A DNA stretch of 64,000 nt from a virus. The notes under the pieces were generated by a model. It ran no database searches, had not been told where the DNA came from, and saw only the letters and a list, made by a program, of their open reading frames with translations. The position numbers and the translations under genes were made by a program. Positions 8,477 through 16,815 of the stretch are shown piece by piece. The first letter of the stretch is position 1; each line of letters starts with the position of its first letter. The DNA lies in IMG/VR virus record IMGVR_UViG_3300010400_000003, positions 1 to 64,000 of that record. The stretch is one strand, 5' to 3'.

Positions 8477-9384
8477 GGGATTTTGTCGAAGTCCTGTATT
8501 TTCATCCCGTCGAACCAATCCCTTTCAGGATGGCCGTTGTGACGCGGGAAAGGTCCACCCCGAAGAACCGCCGCCCGAATGGCGCGCAGATCCCAATGAT
8601 GCTCCGTGCGCTTGCGGACGCCGAACCTCGCCAGCGCCCCGTGCCCCTTGTCCTCCGCGTCGTTCGGCCATCGCTCCTTGCTGGAACGCCGCATGGCTGG
8701 CCCGCATTTCCCGGGAGTGCGGTCCTCGATCAGCTTCAGCCGTGGATCGTACTTGAGTGGAAATCCGTTGTTCTTGAGCATCAGGCCGAAAATGCAATCC
8801 TCCATCGAAAGGCTGTCCATCAGTTCCTCGTAGCCGTTTACCTGAAGCGCCCATTCGAGCGGCAGGGCGTTGACGCATCCGAACCACCAAGAGCCGGGCG
8901 CGTCAGCCAACGCCGACGACACGAGCGCGCGGTGATCGCGGCCTTGCGGAGAACGCGGGTCGCTACCGTCCAGCGTGCCCGGATCGGCTATGATGCCGCT
9001 CTCGACAACCATGCCGTGCCGCTTCTCGTAGCTGCCGCACACACCGTAGCCGCCGGCCATTGCGTCCTCGACGGCTGCGCGCCAGCCAGGAAGCAGGACG
9101 CCGCGATCGTCACAGAACATCACCCATTCAGTGCGGCAAAGGCAAATGCCGGTGTTCGCCGCGTTGCTCTTGGCCCACCACTGGTCTTTGGTCAGGCGGT
9201 GAGGACCCTGCCAGACTGTTGGTTTCGGCGGATGGAAAGTTGCGGCGTGCCAGCCTGCGTAATTCTCTAGGCCGAGACCGATGACGATAATCGGGCAATC
9301 ACTCTCACGCCGAACGCTGTCGTATAGCCACTGGAACTCCGGCTCGTGGCGGGCGGTCGTGAACACTATGGAGAACGCGCTCAT
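8473..9384 (-). CDS. GT2/GT-A glycosyltransferase
   Basis: AANTGICLCRTEWVMFCDD, VNGYEE, EDCIFG. Confidence 0.85.
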   Translation of the reverse strand: MSAFSIVFTTARHEPEFQWLYDSVRRESDCPIIVIGLGLENYAGWHAATFHPPKPTVWQGPHRLTKDQWWAKSNAANTGICLCRTEWVMFCDDRGVLLPGWRAAVEDAMAGGYGVCGSYEKRHGMVVESGIIADPGTLDGSDPRSPQGRDHRALVSSALADAPGSWWFGCVNALPLEWALQVNGYEELMDSLSMEDCIFGLMLKNNGFPLKYDPRLKLIEDRTPGKCGPAMRRSSKERWPNDAEDKGHGALARFGVRKRTEHHWDLRAIRAAVLRGGPFPRHNGHPERDWFDGMKIQDFDKIP

Positions 9385-10004
9385 TTCAGCTTTTGGAACA
9401 CCGCCCAATCGTCTCGCTCGGCTCCAGATGACTTCACGACTCGAAACAACTCCGTGCATCCTGCCGCAAGCAGTGTGTCCACCGATTTCGTCACTTCGCC
9501 GCCGTCCCAATGAAGGTCATCGAGCACGATGAACCCGCCGTCGCGGACGTTCGGCGCGAACCTCTGAACGTCACGCATCGCCTGCGCTCCATGATTTCCG
9601 TCTACGTGCAAGAGTCCTATTGTTGCTGGCGGCGTCACGTCATCCGACCGCTTGCGAATCAATCGTGTCACGTTCTGCAACGCCATGCGGTTCACTTGGT
9701 CAAGGAAGTAGTCGTGCATCCTTTTGTGATTCTCGGCGGACCCCCACCACGCCACGTTTGCCGGCCCCTGCCCCTCGATGGACGCCGCCGGCTCATATGG
9801 GTCAATCCCGATCACCATGCCGTGCCCGATCTCCCGGCAGGCCAGCGCCATCGGCAGGAGGCTCTTGCCGGACCAGACTCCGATTTCGACGATAATGTCC
9901 GGGCGCGTGCCGATCACTAGCGAGGCGAGCGTCTTGGCCTTGGCCTCAGTACACCATCCGTGCGGCGAGGCGCACACTTCGGCGATTTGGTCGTAGAGGT
10001 TCAT
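9381..10004 (-). CDS. class I SAM-dependent methyltransferase (Methyltransf_24-like)
   Basis: IVEIGVWSGKS, IGIDP, LHVDGNH, GGFIVLDD. Confidence 0.9.
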   Translation of the reverse strand: MNLYDQIAEVCASPHGWCTEAKAKTLASLVIGTRPDIIVEIGVWSGKSLLPMALACREIGHGMVIGIDPYEPAASIEGQGPANVAWWGSAENHKRMHDYFLDQVNRMALQNVTRLIRKRSDDVTPPATIGLLHVDGNHGAQAMRDVQRFAPNVRDGGFIVLDDLHWDGGEVTKSVDTLLAAGCTELFRVVKSSGAERDDWAVFQKLK

Positions 10005-10951
10005 GCGTCGAGCGGGCTTTTGACGGACATCGCTTCCGCGTGGCAATAGCCGATGGTGGTTTCGATTTGCTTGTGCCCCATCGCCTCCTGCAATGCCTTG
10101 AGGTTTGTCCCTCGGTCCAAGCAATGCGTGGCGTAGGCGTGCCGCAATTCATGGGGCAGCACCATGATGCCGAGCTTGCGGCGCGCTTCCTTGACGCCCT
10201 GCTGCACATTCGCTTCGTGCATCCGGTAGCGCACGATCTCACCCGTGCGCGGATGTTTGCAGGGATACCGTTGCGGGAAGAGCCAGGCCCAGGGCCAGGC
10301 GAAACGATACTCGGGATACTTCTTCGCCAGTTGTCCGGGAATCTCCAAAGGGAGGCGCGCCACGACATCGCGCTGCCACACGGCCCGCGCGTAATCCGTC
10401 TGCGCTTGAATTTCCTCCGTCAGTGAACACGGCAAGGCTACCACGCGATCCTTGCCGCCCTTCGCGCCTTTGAGCATCACGCGACCATTCGTCAAGTCCA
10501 CATCCTTGATGCGCAGATTCAATGGCTCGCTCACACGCAAACCGCAACCGTAAAGCAGGCGCACAATCAGGTTGACCGGATAACCTCCCACGTCGCGCAC
10601 GGCGGCGATCAGGCGGCGCGTTTCGTCCACGGTGGGCGCGTGGCGAAGCTGGATCGGGCGGCTCTCCCGTAACGCCTGGACGTTCTTCAACTCGACTCCG
10701 AGCACGTCTTTGTAGAAGAACAGGATGGCATTGAACGCCTGATTCTGTGTGCTGGCCGAGACGTTTTGATTTAGCGAGAGTTCAGTGAGAAACCGTTCCA
10801 ACTTCTGTTCACTGGTTAACTCCGTCGGTAGATGCTTCAGGGCGCGGATGTAGCGGGCAAGCCAGTGCAAATAGGTTTGCTCCGTAGCAATGGCCTTGTG
10901 TTGGCGGCGGATAACGGCGCGAGTGCGCTCAATGGCTTCAATGGGGTTCAT
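10001..10951 (-). CDS. intI: integron integrase (IntI-type tyrosine recombinase)
   Basis: VSASTQNQAFNAILFFY, LLYGCGLRVSE, KGGKDR, integron-specific insert LAKKYP..W.WAWLFP, HELRHAYATH, MGH..TTIGYCH, SPLD end. Confidence 0.92.
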   Translation of the reverse strand: MNPIEAIERTRAVIRRQHKAIATEQTYLHWLARYIRALKHLPTELTSEQKLERFLTELSLNQNVSASTQNQAFNAILFFYKDVLGVELKNVQALRESRPIQLRHAPTVDETRRLIAAVRDVGGYPVNLIVRLLYGCGLRVSEPLNLRIKDVDLTNGRVMLKGAKGGKDRVVALPCSLTEEIQAQTDYARAVWQRDVVARLPLEIPGQLAKKYPEYRFAWPWAWLFPQRYPCKHPRTGEIVRYRMHEANVQQGVKEARRKLGIMVLPHELRHAYATHCLDRGTNLKALQEAMGHKQIETTIGYCHAEAMSVKSPLDA

Positions 10952-10969
10952 GCCGTCAATATACGAAAG

Positions 10970-10993
10970 GCCATAGCTTAATCAATGTTCGAC
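10970..10993 (+). other. putative attI site, crossover G|TTCGAC at 10987
   Basis: GTTCGAC is the exact complement of attC1 R'' GTCGAAC; 36 bp from the intI start. Confidence 0.75.
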
Positions 10994-11244
10994 AAAAGCG
11001 CCTTCGCACGTTTCATCATGTCCCGATGTTTTCCGGTTGGCGGCTCATCCACAGCCATTTCGTATTTCTCCATCGCGGCCACCATTTCAGAACACAGCGC
11101 CTCAAGCGCGTCGTGTCGCTTCACCTTCCGATGCCACTCGCGGTAGAGTTTGCCACTCAGCCGAGCACCCGATCCCGGTTTTGCGATGTTGTCAAAGTTG
11201 TTGCTCATAATTTGTCGAACCATGCGCTTCAGCGAACGGCGCAT
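10978..11244 (-). CDS. cassette 1 hypothetical protein (alternative start 11208)
   Basis: ORF antisense to attC; stop codon lies in attI. Confidence 0.7.
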   Translation of the reverse strand: MRRSLKRMVRQIMSNNFDNIAKPGSGARLSGKLYREWHRKVKRHDALEALCSEMVAAMEKYEMAVDEPPTGKHRDMMKRAKALLSNID

Positions 11245-11303
11245 GAGTGTTTCAGTTTGCAGGCGGCGTCTCTGGTGCGCCGTCTCTGAGCTTGGTGTTC
11301 GGA
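11214..11303 (+). repeat. attC1
   Basis: GTCGAAC-5nt-GCTTCAGCGAACGGCGC...GCGCCGTCTCTGAGC-5nt-GTTCGGA. Confidence 0.88.
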
Positions 11304-11608
11304 GACTCGGCTTGCATGATGACTCGCGCAAAAGTGCGCAGGTTGAATTCCACCGTTTCTTGTGTCGTCCATAGGCGGTCATCAGCAGCCCATTCTTTCA
11401 CAGCCTTTTCCTGTGCAGCGTTTAGGACTATCGGGACTGCCCTGATTGAGCCGTCTGGCTGGAGTGCGATTGTAAGCGGTTCGCCGCTCGCCAGCATTCG
11501 TTCCAGTTCTTCGATGGTAGGTCTTGGTCTTTCGACCGTCTCCGAACCAGTCGCTGGAGCGAATCCGGCGGGGCGCTTTGATTGTTCAGAGTCAGTTTCC
11601 ATATTCAT
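11252..11608 (-). CDS. cassette 2 hypothetical protein
   Basis: starts in attC2 loop, ends in attC1 loop. Confidence 0.75.
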   Translation of the reverse strand: MNMETDSEQSKRPAGFAPATGSETVERPRPTIEELERMLASGEPLTIALQPDGSIRAVPIVLNAAQEKAVKEWAADDRLWTTQETVEFNLRTFARVIMQAESPNTKLRDGAPETPPAN

Positions 11609-11653
11609 GTCTTTCGTTGTTCGCCGCCGGATTCGCTCAGCTTATCGTTAGGT
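11541..11653 (+). repeat. attC2
   Basis: TCCGAAC-5nt-GCTGGAGCGAATCCGGCGG...CCGCCGGATTCGCTCAGC-5nt-GTTAGGT. Confidence 0.9.
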
Positions 11654-11973
11654 GCTTTCGGTGCAGGTATCTCTTTCCACCCTTCTCCTGTCGGGCAGTC
11701 TTTCGTCTCGCAATACCAGCTTCCGCCACGACCGTTGCATTGAGGGCACGCAACCCAGTCGCCTGGGTCGTAGAAATTCGGGTCGTCCTCGTAAGCGTCA
11801 TAATATCCGTCCTCGCACCCCAGACCGCCACATTCGCCCCACTCCATTTCGCAGTGGCACACAGCGCATATCATCGCACCATCAGACCCACGATACATCG
11901 CACCTAACAAATCCTTGGAAGCAACAGCCGGGGGCTGGGACTGTTGCTGTGGCGTTTCAATTTTTGAGTCCAT
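11605..11973 (-). CDS. cassette 3 Cys-rich (DnaJ-like Zn-finger) protein
   Basis: CAVC, C..LGC, CPQCNGRGG; starts in attC3, ends in attC2. Confidence 0.75.
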   Translation of the reverse strand: MDSKIETPQQQSQPPAVASKDLLGAMYRGSDGAMICAVCHCEMEWGECGGLGCEDGYYDAYEDDPNFYDPGDWVACPQCNGRGGSWYCETKDCPTGEGWKEIPAPKAPNDKLSESGGEQRKT

Positions 11974-12009
11974 AATTATTCGCGGCTGTGCTTCAAGTCA
12001 GTGTTAGGT
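11902..12009 (+). repeat. attC3
   Basis: ACCTAAC-5nt-CTTGGAAGCAACAGCCG...CGGCTGTGCTTCAAG-5nt-GTTAGGT. Confidence 0.9.
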
Positions 12010-12314
12010 GAGCCTAGCGGCAGCACTCCTTCTTCGGGGTATTCATCGAAGTAGGCGATGTGCTTGTGAGGCGGCACTTGGCATTTCTGTTCTTCATCCC
12101 AGACGCCTTTCTTCGGCCATGCGGCGATTTTGATTTCCGTCTCGCGCTCCTCGACCTTTTCACTGGCGGTCGGCTCTTGGACTACCAGCCCGCAGAATTG
12201 TGCGAGGTCGCGGATTTCATCTATTGTGAGCGTCAGATGCGGCTCACCTAACCCGTCAGTGGAGCGCGACGTGGCGGGGCTTTCCGGCATAGTTGCTTGA
12301 TCGGCGTCACTCAT
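11976..12314 (-). CDS. cassette 4 hypothetical protein
   Basis: starts in attC4, ends in attC3. Confidence 0.75.
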   Translation of the reverse strand: MSDADQATMPESPATSRSTDGLGEPHLTLTIDEIRDLAQFCGLVVQEPTASEKVEERETEIKIAAWPKKGVWDEEQKCQVPPHKHIAYFDEYPEEGVLPLGSPNTDLKHSRE

Positions 12315-12374
12315 TTTATTTCCTTCTGTGAGCCGCAGGCGTCAGCCGCCACGCCGCTCACTTTGGCGTTCGGC
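12246..12374 (+). repeat. attC4
   Basis: ACCTAAC-5nt-AGTGGAGCGCGACGTGGCGG...CCGCCACGCCGCTCACT-5nt-GTTCGGC. Confidence 0.88.
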
Positions 12375-12640
12375 TCTGTCGTCTCCCAGAAGTCCATGTG
12401 GAAGATCAAGCCCGTTGACGTGCCTTTGGTGATTATTTTGACCATTGCTTTGTCGCGCTTTCCAAATCCGATGACGATGCCTTCGGAAGCTCCGGGATTT
12501 GCCCTGCCCCTGCCCTTGTTCATGCCTTGACTGATTGCCAAAGGCGTCACCTTTACACGCATCCCCCATTGGAATTTGTCACGAGCCGAACCATCCGATG
12601 CAGGCGACGTGGCGGGCGCTGGTAGTTTTAAGTCATTCAT
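12311..12640 (-). CDS. cassette 5 hypothetical protein (possible SH3-like barrel)
   Basis: starts in attC5, ends in attC4; FQWGMRVKV..EGIVIGF pattern. Confidence 0.72.
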   Translation of the reverse strand: MNDLKLPAPATSPASDGSARDKFQWGMRVKVTPLAISQGMNKGRGRANPGASEGIVIGFGKRDKAMVKIITKGTSTGLIFHMDFWETTEPNAKVSGVAADACGSQKEIK

Positions 12641-12691
12641 AAATTCGGAGGCGCGGGTTAATCGGCCACGCGCCTGATCTGGTCGTTAAAA
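12585..12691 (+). repeat. attC5
   Basis: GCCGAAC-5nt-GATGCAGGCGACGTGGC...GCCACGCGCCTGATC-5nt-GTTAAAA. Confidence 0.88.
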
Positions 12692-14358
12692 TTCAAATGC
12701 GATTCCGTCACCTTCACCAAACACGCCGCCGTGTCGTTCACCCCGACGGACACCATCCAGCCGTCGTCTTGCGCGACCGCGCCGTAGGGTATCACGACGT
12801 TTGGCTTCCAATGCGCAGCCCCGCTGCGCCACTCGTGGCCGCTCAGAATCGGATGGCTGGAAACGGCCAGCATCTCGAACGGCGGTTCGCTGTTCATCAC
12901 GTACGCCCCCATGTAGTAACGCACGTCGCGCGGCTTGTCGCTGATTGGGATTTGACTATGGAAGAACCGCAGCCACTTCCCGCGATACGGTATCGGAGGC
13001 GTGCCGCCGCGGATTTGTCCCCACGCCCAGGAAAGCGACGGCGTCCGCCATTCCTCATCTGGCTTGCCATCGCGGATCCTCACAACGACATGCTCGGGCG
13101 AACAGGCGTAAATGAAATGCGTGCGGCCTTCCAGGTCGAAGAACACCCAATTCTTTTCGAGCGCACTGCCGTCGTTGTGGCCATATTCAGGCCGGCAGAA
13201 TTCCGCCAGTTCGGCGCCGCTGTCCGAGACTTTGATTTCTCCGTAGGCCATGACGCAGCGGAAACGATTGCCAGCCACGCCCGCCACGACAAACGAGCCG
13301 AACAGGCGATCATCACGGGTCCACAGTCGCATGTCCTCGACGCTGGACGTGCTCAAATCGGACGGCATCCGCAGCGGCAAATGCCTGATGGCGGTCGCCG
13401 TTGCCGGGTCGAGTTGCACAATCGCCAGTTGCGTTTTCCACGAGCCGTGCGGGTGATGGCGGTAGGTGGACCACAGATTGCCGTTCCACTGAATGAGCGA
13501 CGGGTTGTAGCCGTGCGCTTCCAGGCCCATGATGGGACGCTGCGACGGTCGCCGCACGCCGGACAATACCTGCCGGGCCATGTGCAAAATCTCCGGCTTG
13601 CGAGCGCTGTATTGCGAGTACCGGCAATGAAGCTCGAACCGCTTTTGCCAAGGCGTGCCGTTCCACGGCGTTGGCAGGTCGCGGCTCAACGCTATGACCG
13701 GCACTTTCGACGCCGCGCTCAAATGCAGCGGCAGGCTGTCGCCGGCAATCAGCAGTTCCGCGCGGTCCATCAATCGTATCAAGTCGTAAGGCTTTTCCGC
13801 TCTCACTTCAGATAAGTCGAGCGCGCGACACTTTGGCAACGCTTCCTGAACGGCCTGAATCAAATCGTCCTTTTCAGGGAAAGGCGATGCTACGCCGCTG
13901 AGAGCCACGAGGATTATTTGCAAATCCACGTTCAGATGCTTCTCCACTAGCGCAGCCTCGCGCAACACATCCCGCCGGTCAAACTCCAACGGCAACCGCC
14001 GCCAATCGTTTGGCCGTCCGAGGTTGGCCCAAATCTCGTGGACAAAGCTTTCCCCAACCGGCTTGCGCGTGCCGGCGGACTCGACGGGATTCACCCAGCG
14101 AATCATTGAGCCGTTCGACTGCTCTTTGATCCATGACACCGCCCGATGCACTGTGTCGCCATCCTGGCCGCGCTTCCACGTCTCGGGGTAAACGATCGGG
14201 GTGACGTAGCTCACGCCGTCCAAGATGTCCTCGTAGTTCTGCGCGACGACGATGCTCGTCTTTTCGCCGGTCGCCCGAAAGCGGTCCAGCGCGAACGGCA
14301 GGACGATGCACAAATCCCCGTAACTGCCCAAGCAGACGATTTGCTCGCGGTTGCTCAT
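12658..14358 (-). CDS. GT9-like glycosyltransferase fused to GH130/GH43-like beta-propeller
   Basis: LGSYGDLCIVLP and LIAGDSLPLHLSAA (GT9-like); YNPSL, EDMRL, EKNWVFF, RGGTPP, VVIPYG (propeller). Confidence 0.8.
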   Translation of the reverse strand: MSNREQIVCLGSYGDLCIVLPFALDRFRATGEKTSIVVAQNYEDILDGVSYVTPIVYPETWKRGQDGDTVHRAVSWIKEQSNGSMIRWVNPVESAGTRKPVGESFVHEIWANLGRPNDWRRLPLEFDRRDVLREAALVEKHLNVDLQIILVALSGVASPFPEKDDLIQAVQEALPKCRALDLSEVRAEKPYDLIRLMDRAELLIAGDSLPLHLSAASKVPVIALSRDLPTPWNGTPWQKRFELHCRYSQYSARKPEILHMARQVLSGVRRPSQRPIMGLEAHGYNPSLIQWNGNLWSTYRHHPHGSWKTQLAIVQLDPATATAIRHLPLRMPSDLSTSSVEDMRLWTRDDRLFGSFVVAGVAGNRFRCVMAYGEIKVSDSGAELAEFCRPEYGHNDGSALEKNWVFFDLEGRTHFIYACSPEHVVVRIRDGKPDEEWRTPSLSWAWGQIRGGTPPIPYRGKWLRFFHSQIPISDKPRDVRYYMGAYVMNSEPPFEMLAVSSHPILSGHEWRSGAAHWKPNVVIPYGAVAQDDGWMVSVGVNDTAACLVKVTESHLNFNDQIRRVAD

Positions 14359-14558
14359 TCCTTCACAAGTTTGATGCTCTCCGCGCTCACCCACGCTGCG
14401 CCATCGCCGTGGCTCGGGTGGATGCGAACCTCGTCCCGTCCGTAGCGTTGTTGCACGGCCTCGACAATCACAGGAATCGCAAGCGCGCCGTCGGATCGCA
14501 ATTTGGGCCGCCAAATCGCTTTCCTCCAAACGTATTTTTCCAGTTCAGGCTTGGTCAT
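14355..14558 (-). CDS. hypothetical protein
   Basis: ATGA-coupled ORF. Confidence 0.65.
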   Translation of the reverse strand: MTKPELEKYVWRKAIWRPKLRSDGALAIPVIVEAVQQRYGRDEVRIHPSHGDGAAWVSAESIKLVKE

Positions 14559-14767
14559 GGAATCGTTTCAGGCTTTGGGTCCACCAGCGCGGCCCGCTTG
14601 CGGCGCACGTCGTTTCGCAATCCCTCGCAAACAATCCGCTCCGCAGCGTCCGCCACAGAGTTTCCGTAAAGCCCAAGCGTGACAAGCCTCGAAAGGTGTT
14701 CGTGAACGCTCTTGCTCGTGGTAATCGTGATGCGCACCGTGCTCTTTTTAGCGGCTGTTTGGCTCAT
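14555..14767 (-). CDS. ribbon-helix-helix regulator
   Basis: VRITITTS beta-strand, HLSRLVTLGLYGNSVADAAERIV. Confidence 0.7.
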   Translation of the reverse strand: MSQTAAKKSTVRITITTSKSVHEHLSRLVTLGLYGNSVADAAERIVCEGLRNDVRRKRAALVDPKPETIP

Positions 14768-14807
14768 GGTTGTGCTCCGTTCGGTTCATGTTTGATCTCG
14801 CGCGCTC

Positions 14808-14836
14808 AGACTATGCCTGCGGTCGCAGGGTGTCAA
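14808..14836 (-). promoter_or_regulatory. promoter with palindromic operator
   Basis: TTGACA-17-TAGTCT; CCTGCG-GT-CGCAGG at 14816-14829. Confidence 0.75.
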
Positions 14837-14886
14837 CTGTAATCTCCCGCTGCGCGCCCCAATCGCTTGGAGCGCGGCGCGGAGGG

Positions 14887-15228
14887 TTACTTGCCAGCGG
14901 TGCCAATTCTCACGGCGACGTGATACGTGCCTGGATCGCCAAAGTCTCCCGTAGCACATTCCGATGTGCTTTTGTTTTCGTTGTCAATCCGTGCGTCGAG
15001 CATCCGGCCCTCGATTCGGTTGACGCCTTCCGTGCAATCGTCAGCCCGGAAGCGGGTGAAATGACACCAGTAGTCAGCGCCATCGCCTTCGGTGGCGCGC
15101 ACGATTGTTACCTCCCCGCCGGGAAACCGCACGGAGACATGGGCAGGCTCGCAAGCTTTCGGGTTGCCGGTGATAATCAGCAAGGCGTGATCCGAGCCGT
15201 TGCTTTGCAATTCAAATCGGTTTTTCAT
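14887..15228 (-). CDS. hypothetical early protein
   Basis: ORF with A/C-rich leader. Confidence 0.65.
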   Translation of the reverse strand: MKNRFELQSNGSDHALLIITGNPKACEPAHVSVRFPGGEVTIVRATEGDGADYWCHFTRFRADDCTEGVNRIEGRMLDARIDNENKSTSECATGDFGDPGTYHVAVRIGTAGK

Positions 15229-15290
15229 AAATGTTTTGGGTTAAGAGGTAGGCGGGCGCGCACCACACGCGCCCGCCACCATCAACCGCG

Positions 15291-16733
15291 TCAGGCACCG
15301 ATCGCTTCTGCTTGCCTGTCGAGGAAGGCATCTTCCTGCGCTTGGGCGTAGGACGCCGTAGCGTCGGCCTTGCCGCAGTCACATTCCGCCGCGCCATGCA
15401 GCCGTTGCGCGCACGCTGGCCCGTGGCTTTCGTCCTCGGGGTTCGCCAGAACGCCCGCAATCAGGCAGGCCACGCTCCACGCACCTTCGGAGAATTTCTT
15501 GTACCAGACCTTGGACCGCATGGACCAGCGAAACCCGTTCGCCTTCAGCCGGTCAATGATTTCTCGCTCAGGCTTGGCTGGGAAGGAGACTTCGACGCCG
15601 CCCAATTCGAGGTTGCGGCGAACTGTGCCGGTCGTGCCCGCCTGGCCGTCCTGGCCGCCGTCAGCTTGCACGGCAGACCGCTCCGGCACTTCGAGGACCA
15701 GCTTGTACCAGTTCTCGGGCACATTCAGCCCGCCCTCGACTTCCTTGTTCCATACAACGCCCACAATCTTCGCGCCCGGCGGGAGTTCGGTCGCATCCAT
15801 CACTTGCCGCGCGGCAGTCGTCGCGCCCATGTAAGAGCCGTTCTCGAAGCGCGGTAGCCGGCAGTTCCAAAGTTCTTCGGTCGCCGGGATTTCTTCGAGC
15901 GCCAGAATCCAGCGCGCAACGTCGTTTTGGATCTTCATGGTTTCGTGATTCTCGCCGTAACCGCGGGAAACTGACGTGTAGGTAACACGGCCCAAGACGC
16001 GATCAACCGCCGTGCCGTAGTTGGAGCGATCGTACTCGTGCGAATCGGTCATGCCGTCAAAATGCCCGTCCTGATACTTGCCGACAATCTCACGGACTTG
16101 CTTCTCGGTCGGCCCATTCAGCCACGATACGCGCATGGAGTTGTGATCTGAGCGCACGGAGAATCGCGCGTAAGGCCACTTTTGAACCAGTTCGCTCTTG
16201 CAGTTCGCCGCAGCGCGCGGTCCGCCCCGCATGGCGTCCGCCGGAAGTGCCCACGGATACTTTGCCCGCAGTTCGGCCGCAATGCGGTCGGTTTCGATGC
16301 CGGCCAAACGCGACTTCTCGGCGCGATCCGCTTCAGCCTTCTGGCGTTCCGCCTGGTTCTCCGTGTCCTGTTCCGCCGTGATGCGGTTGTCAACGACGGG
16401 CATGTTGCGGCTCAGTTCGGGCAAAGCCGCCTCGATCTCGGTGCGGATTTGTGCCGCGTTAGCCTTGCTCACGGTCCAGTTGTATTTTTCGCCAATCGCC
16501 TTTTGCACGGCGGCAACGTCCTCGCGGCGATGGACGCCAAACAGTTCATTGAAACAGGAAGTGTGCTCCTGGCCGCCGATGACACCGGAGATTTCCTTCC
16601 GGTCGTTGTGCGCCATCCGCAGTTTGCCCAGCGCGCCGTTTACGGCGTTGACTTGAATCTTGCCCGGCGGGTTGGTCGTGTCGGCGGCCCACTTGCGCGG
16701 CGCCGTCGTGGTTGTGGTTTCGGTCGTGTTCAT
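15291..16733 (-). CDS. LPD29-domain polyvalent-associated protein
   Basis: AAANCKSEL..KWP.ARFSVRS...VSWLNGPT..V..IVGKYQ.G.FDGMTD; C-terminal GVEVSFPAKP...LKANGFRWS. Confidence 0.75.
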   Translation of the reverse strand: MNTTETTTTTAPRKWAADTTNPPGKIQVNAVNGALGKLRMAHNDRKEISGVIGGQEHTSCFNELFGVHRREDVAAVQKAIGEKYNWTVSKANAAQIRTEIEAALPELSRNMPVVDNRITAEQDTENQAERQKAEADRAEKSRLAGIETDRIAAELRAKYPWALPADAMRGGPRAAANCKSELVQKWPYARFSVRSDHNSMRVSWLNGPTEKQVREIVGKYQDGHFDGMTDSHEYDRSNYGTAVDRVLGRVTYTSVSRGYGENHETMKIQNDVARWILALEEIPATEELWNCRLPRFENGSYMGATTAARQVMDATELPPGAKIVGVVWNKEVEGGLNVPENWYKLVLEVPERSAVQADGGQDGQAGTTGTVRRNLELGGVEVSFPAKPEREIIDRLKANGFRWSMRSKVWYKKFSEGAWSVACLIAGVLANPEDESHGPACAQRLHGAAECDCGKADATASYAQAQEDAFLDRQAEAIGA

Positions 16734-16815
16734 GTTTTTCCTTTGGTTGATGTTTGATGGTTTATGCGGTTGCCCGCGTCCGCTCCCCGCCGGCATGACG
16801 GGGAGCGTTGCGCGA

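Larger units (their letters stand above)
10001..12691. mobile_element. complete integron with 5 gene cassettes
   Basis: intI, attI core at 10987, five attC sites each matching the core at the start of its cassette. Confidence 0.9.

Noticed and set aside
10001-10951. Integrase as the prophage integrase
   Set aside because: It has IntI-specific motifs and an adjacent attC array; no attL/attR or host genes are visible.
10952-11000. LexA box or Pc promoter at intI
   Set aside because: No convincing palindrome or plus-strand promoter seen.
11214-12691. CRISPR array
   Set aside because: Repeats share structure rather than sequence, and the spacers are whole ORFs.
12658-14900. GT9 fusion gene as a sixth cassette
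   Set aside because: No matching R'' (TTTTAAC) or attC hairpin found by eye upstream of it.
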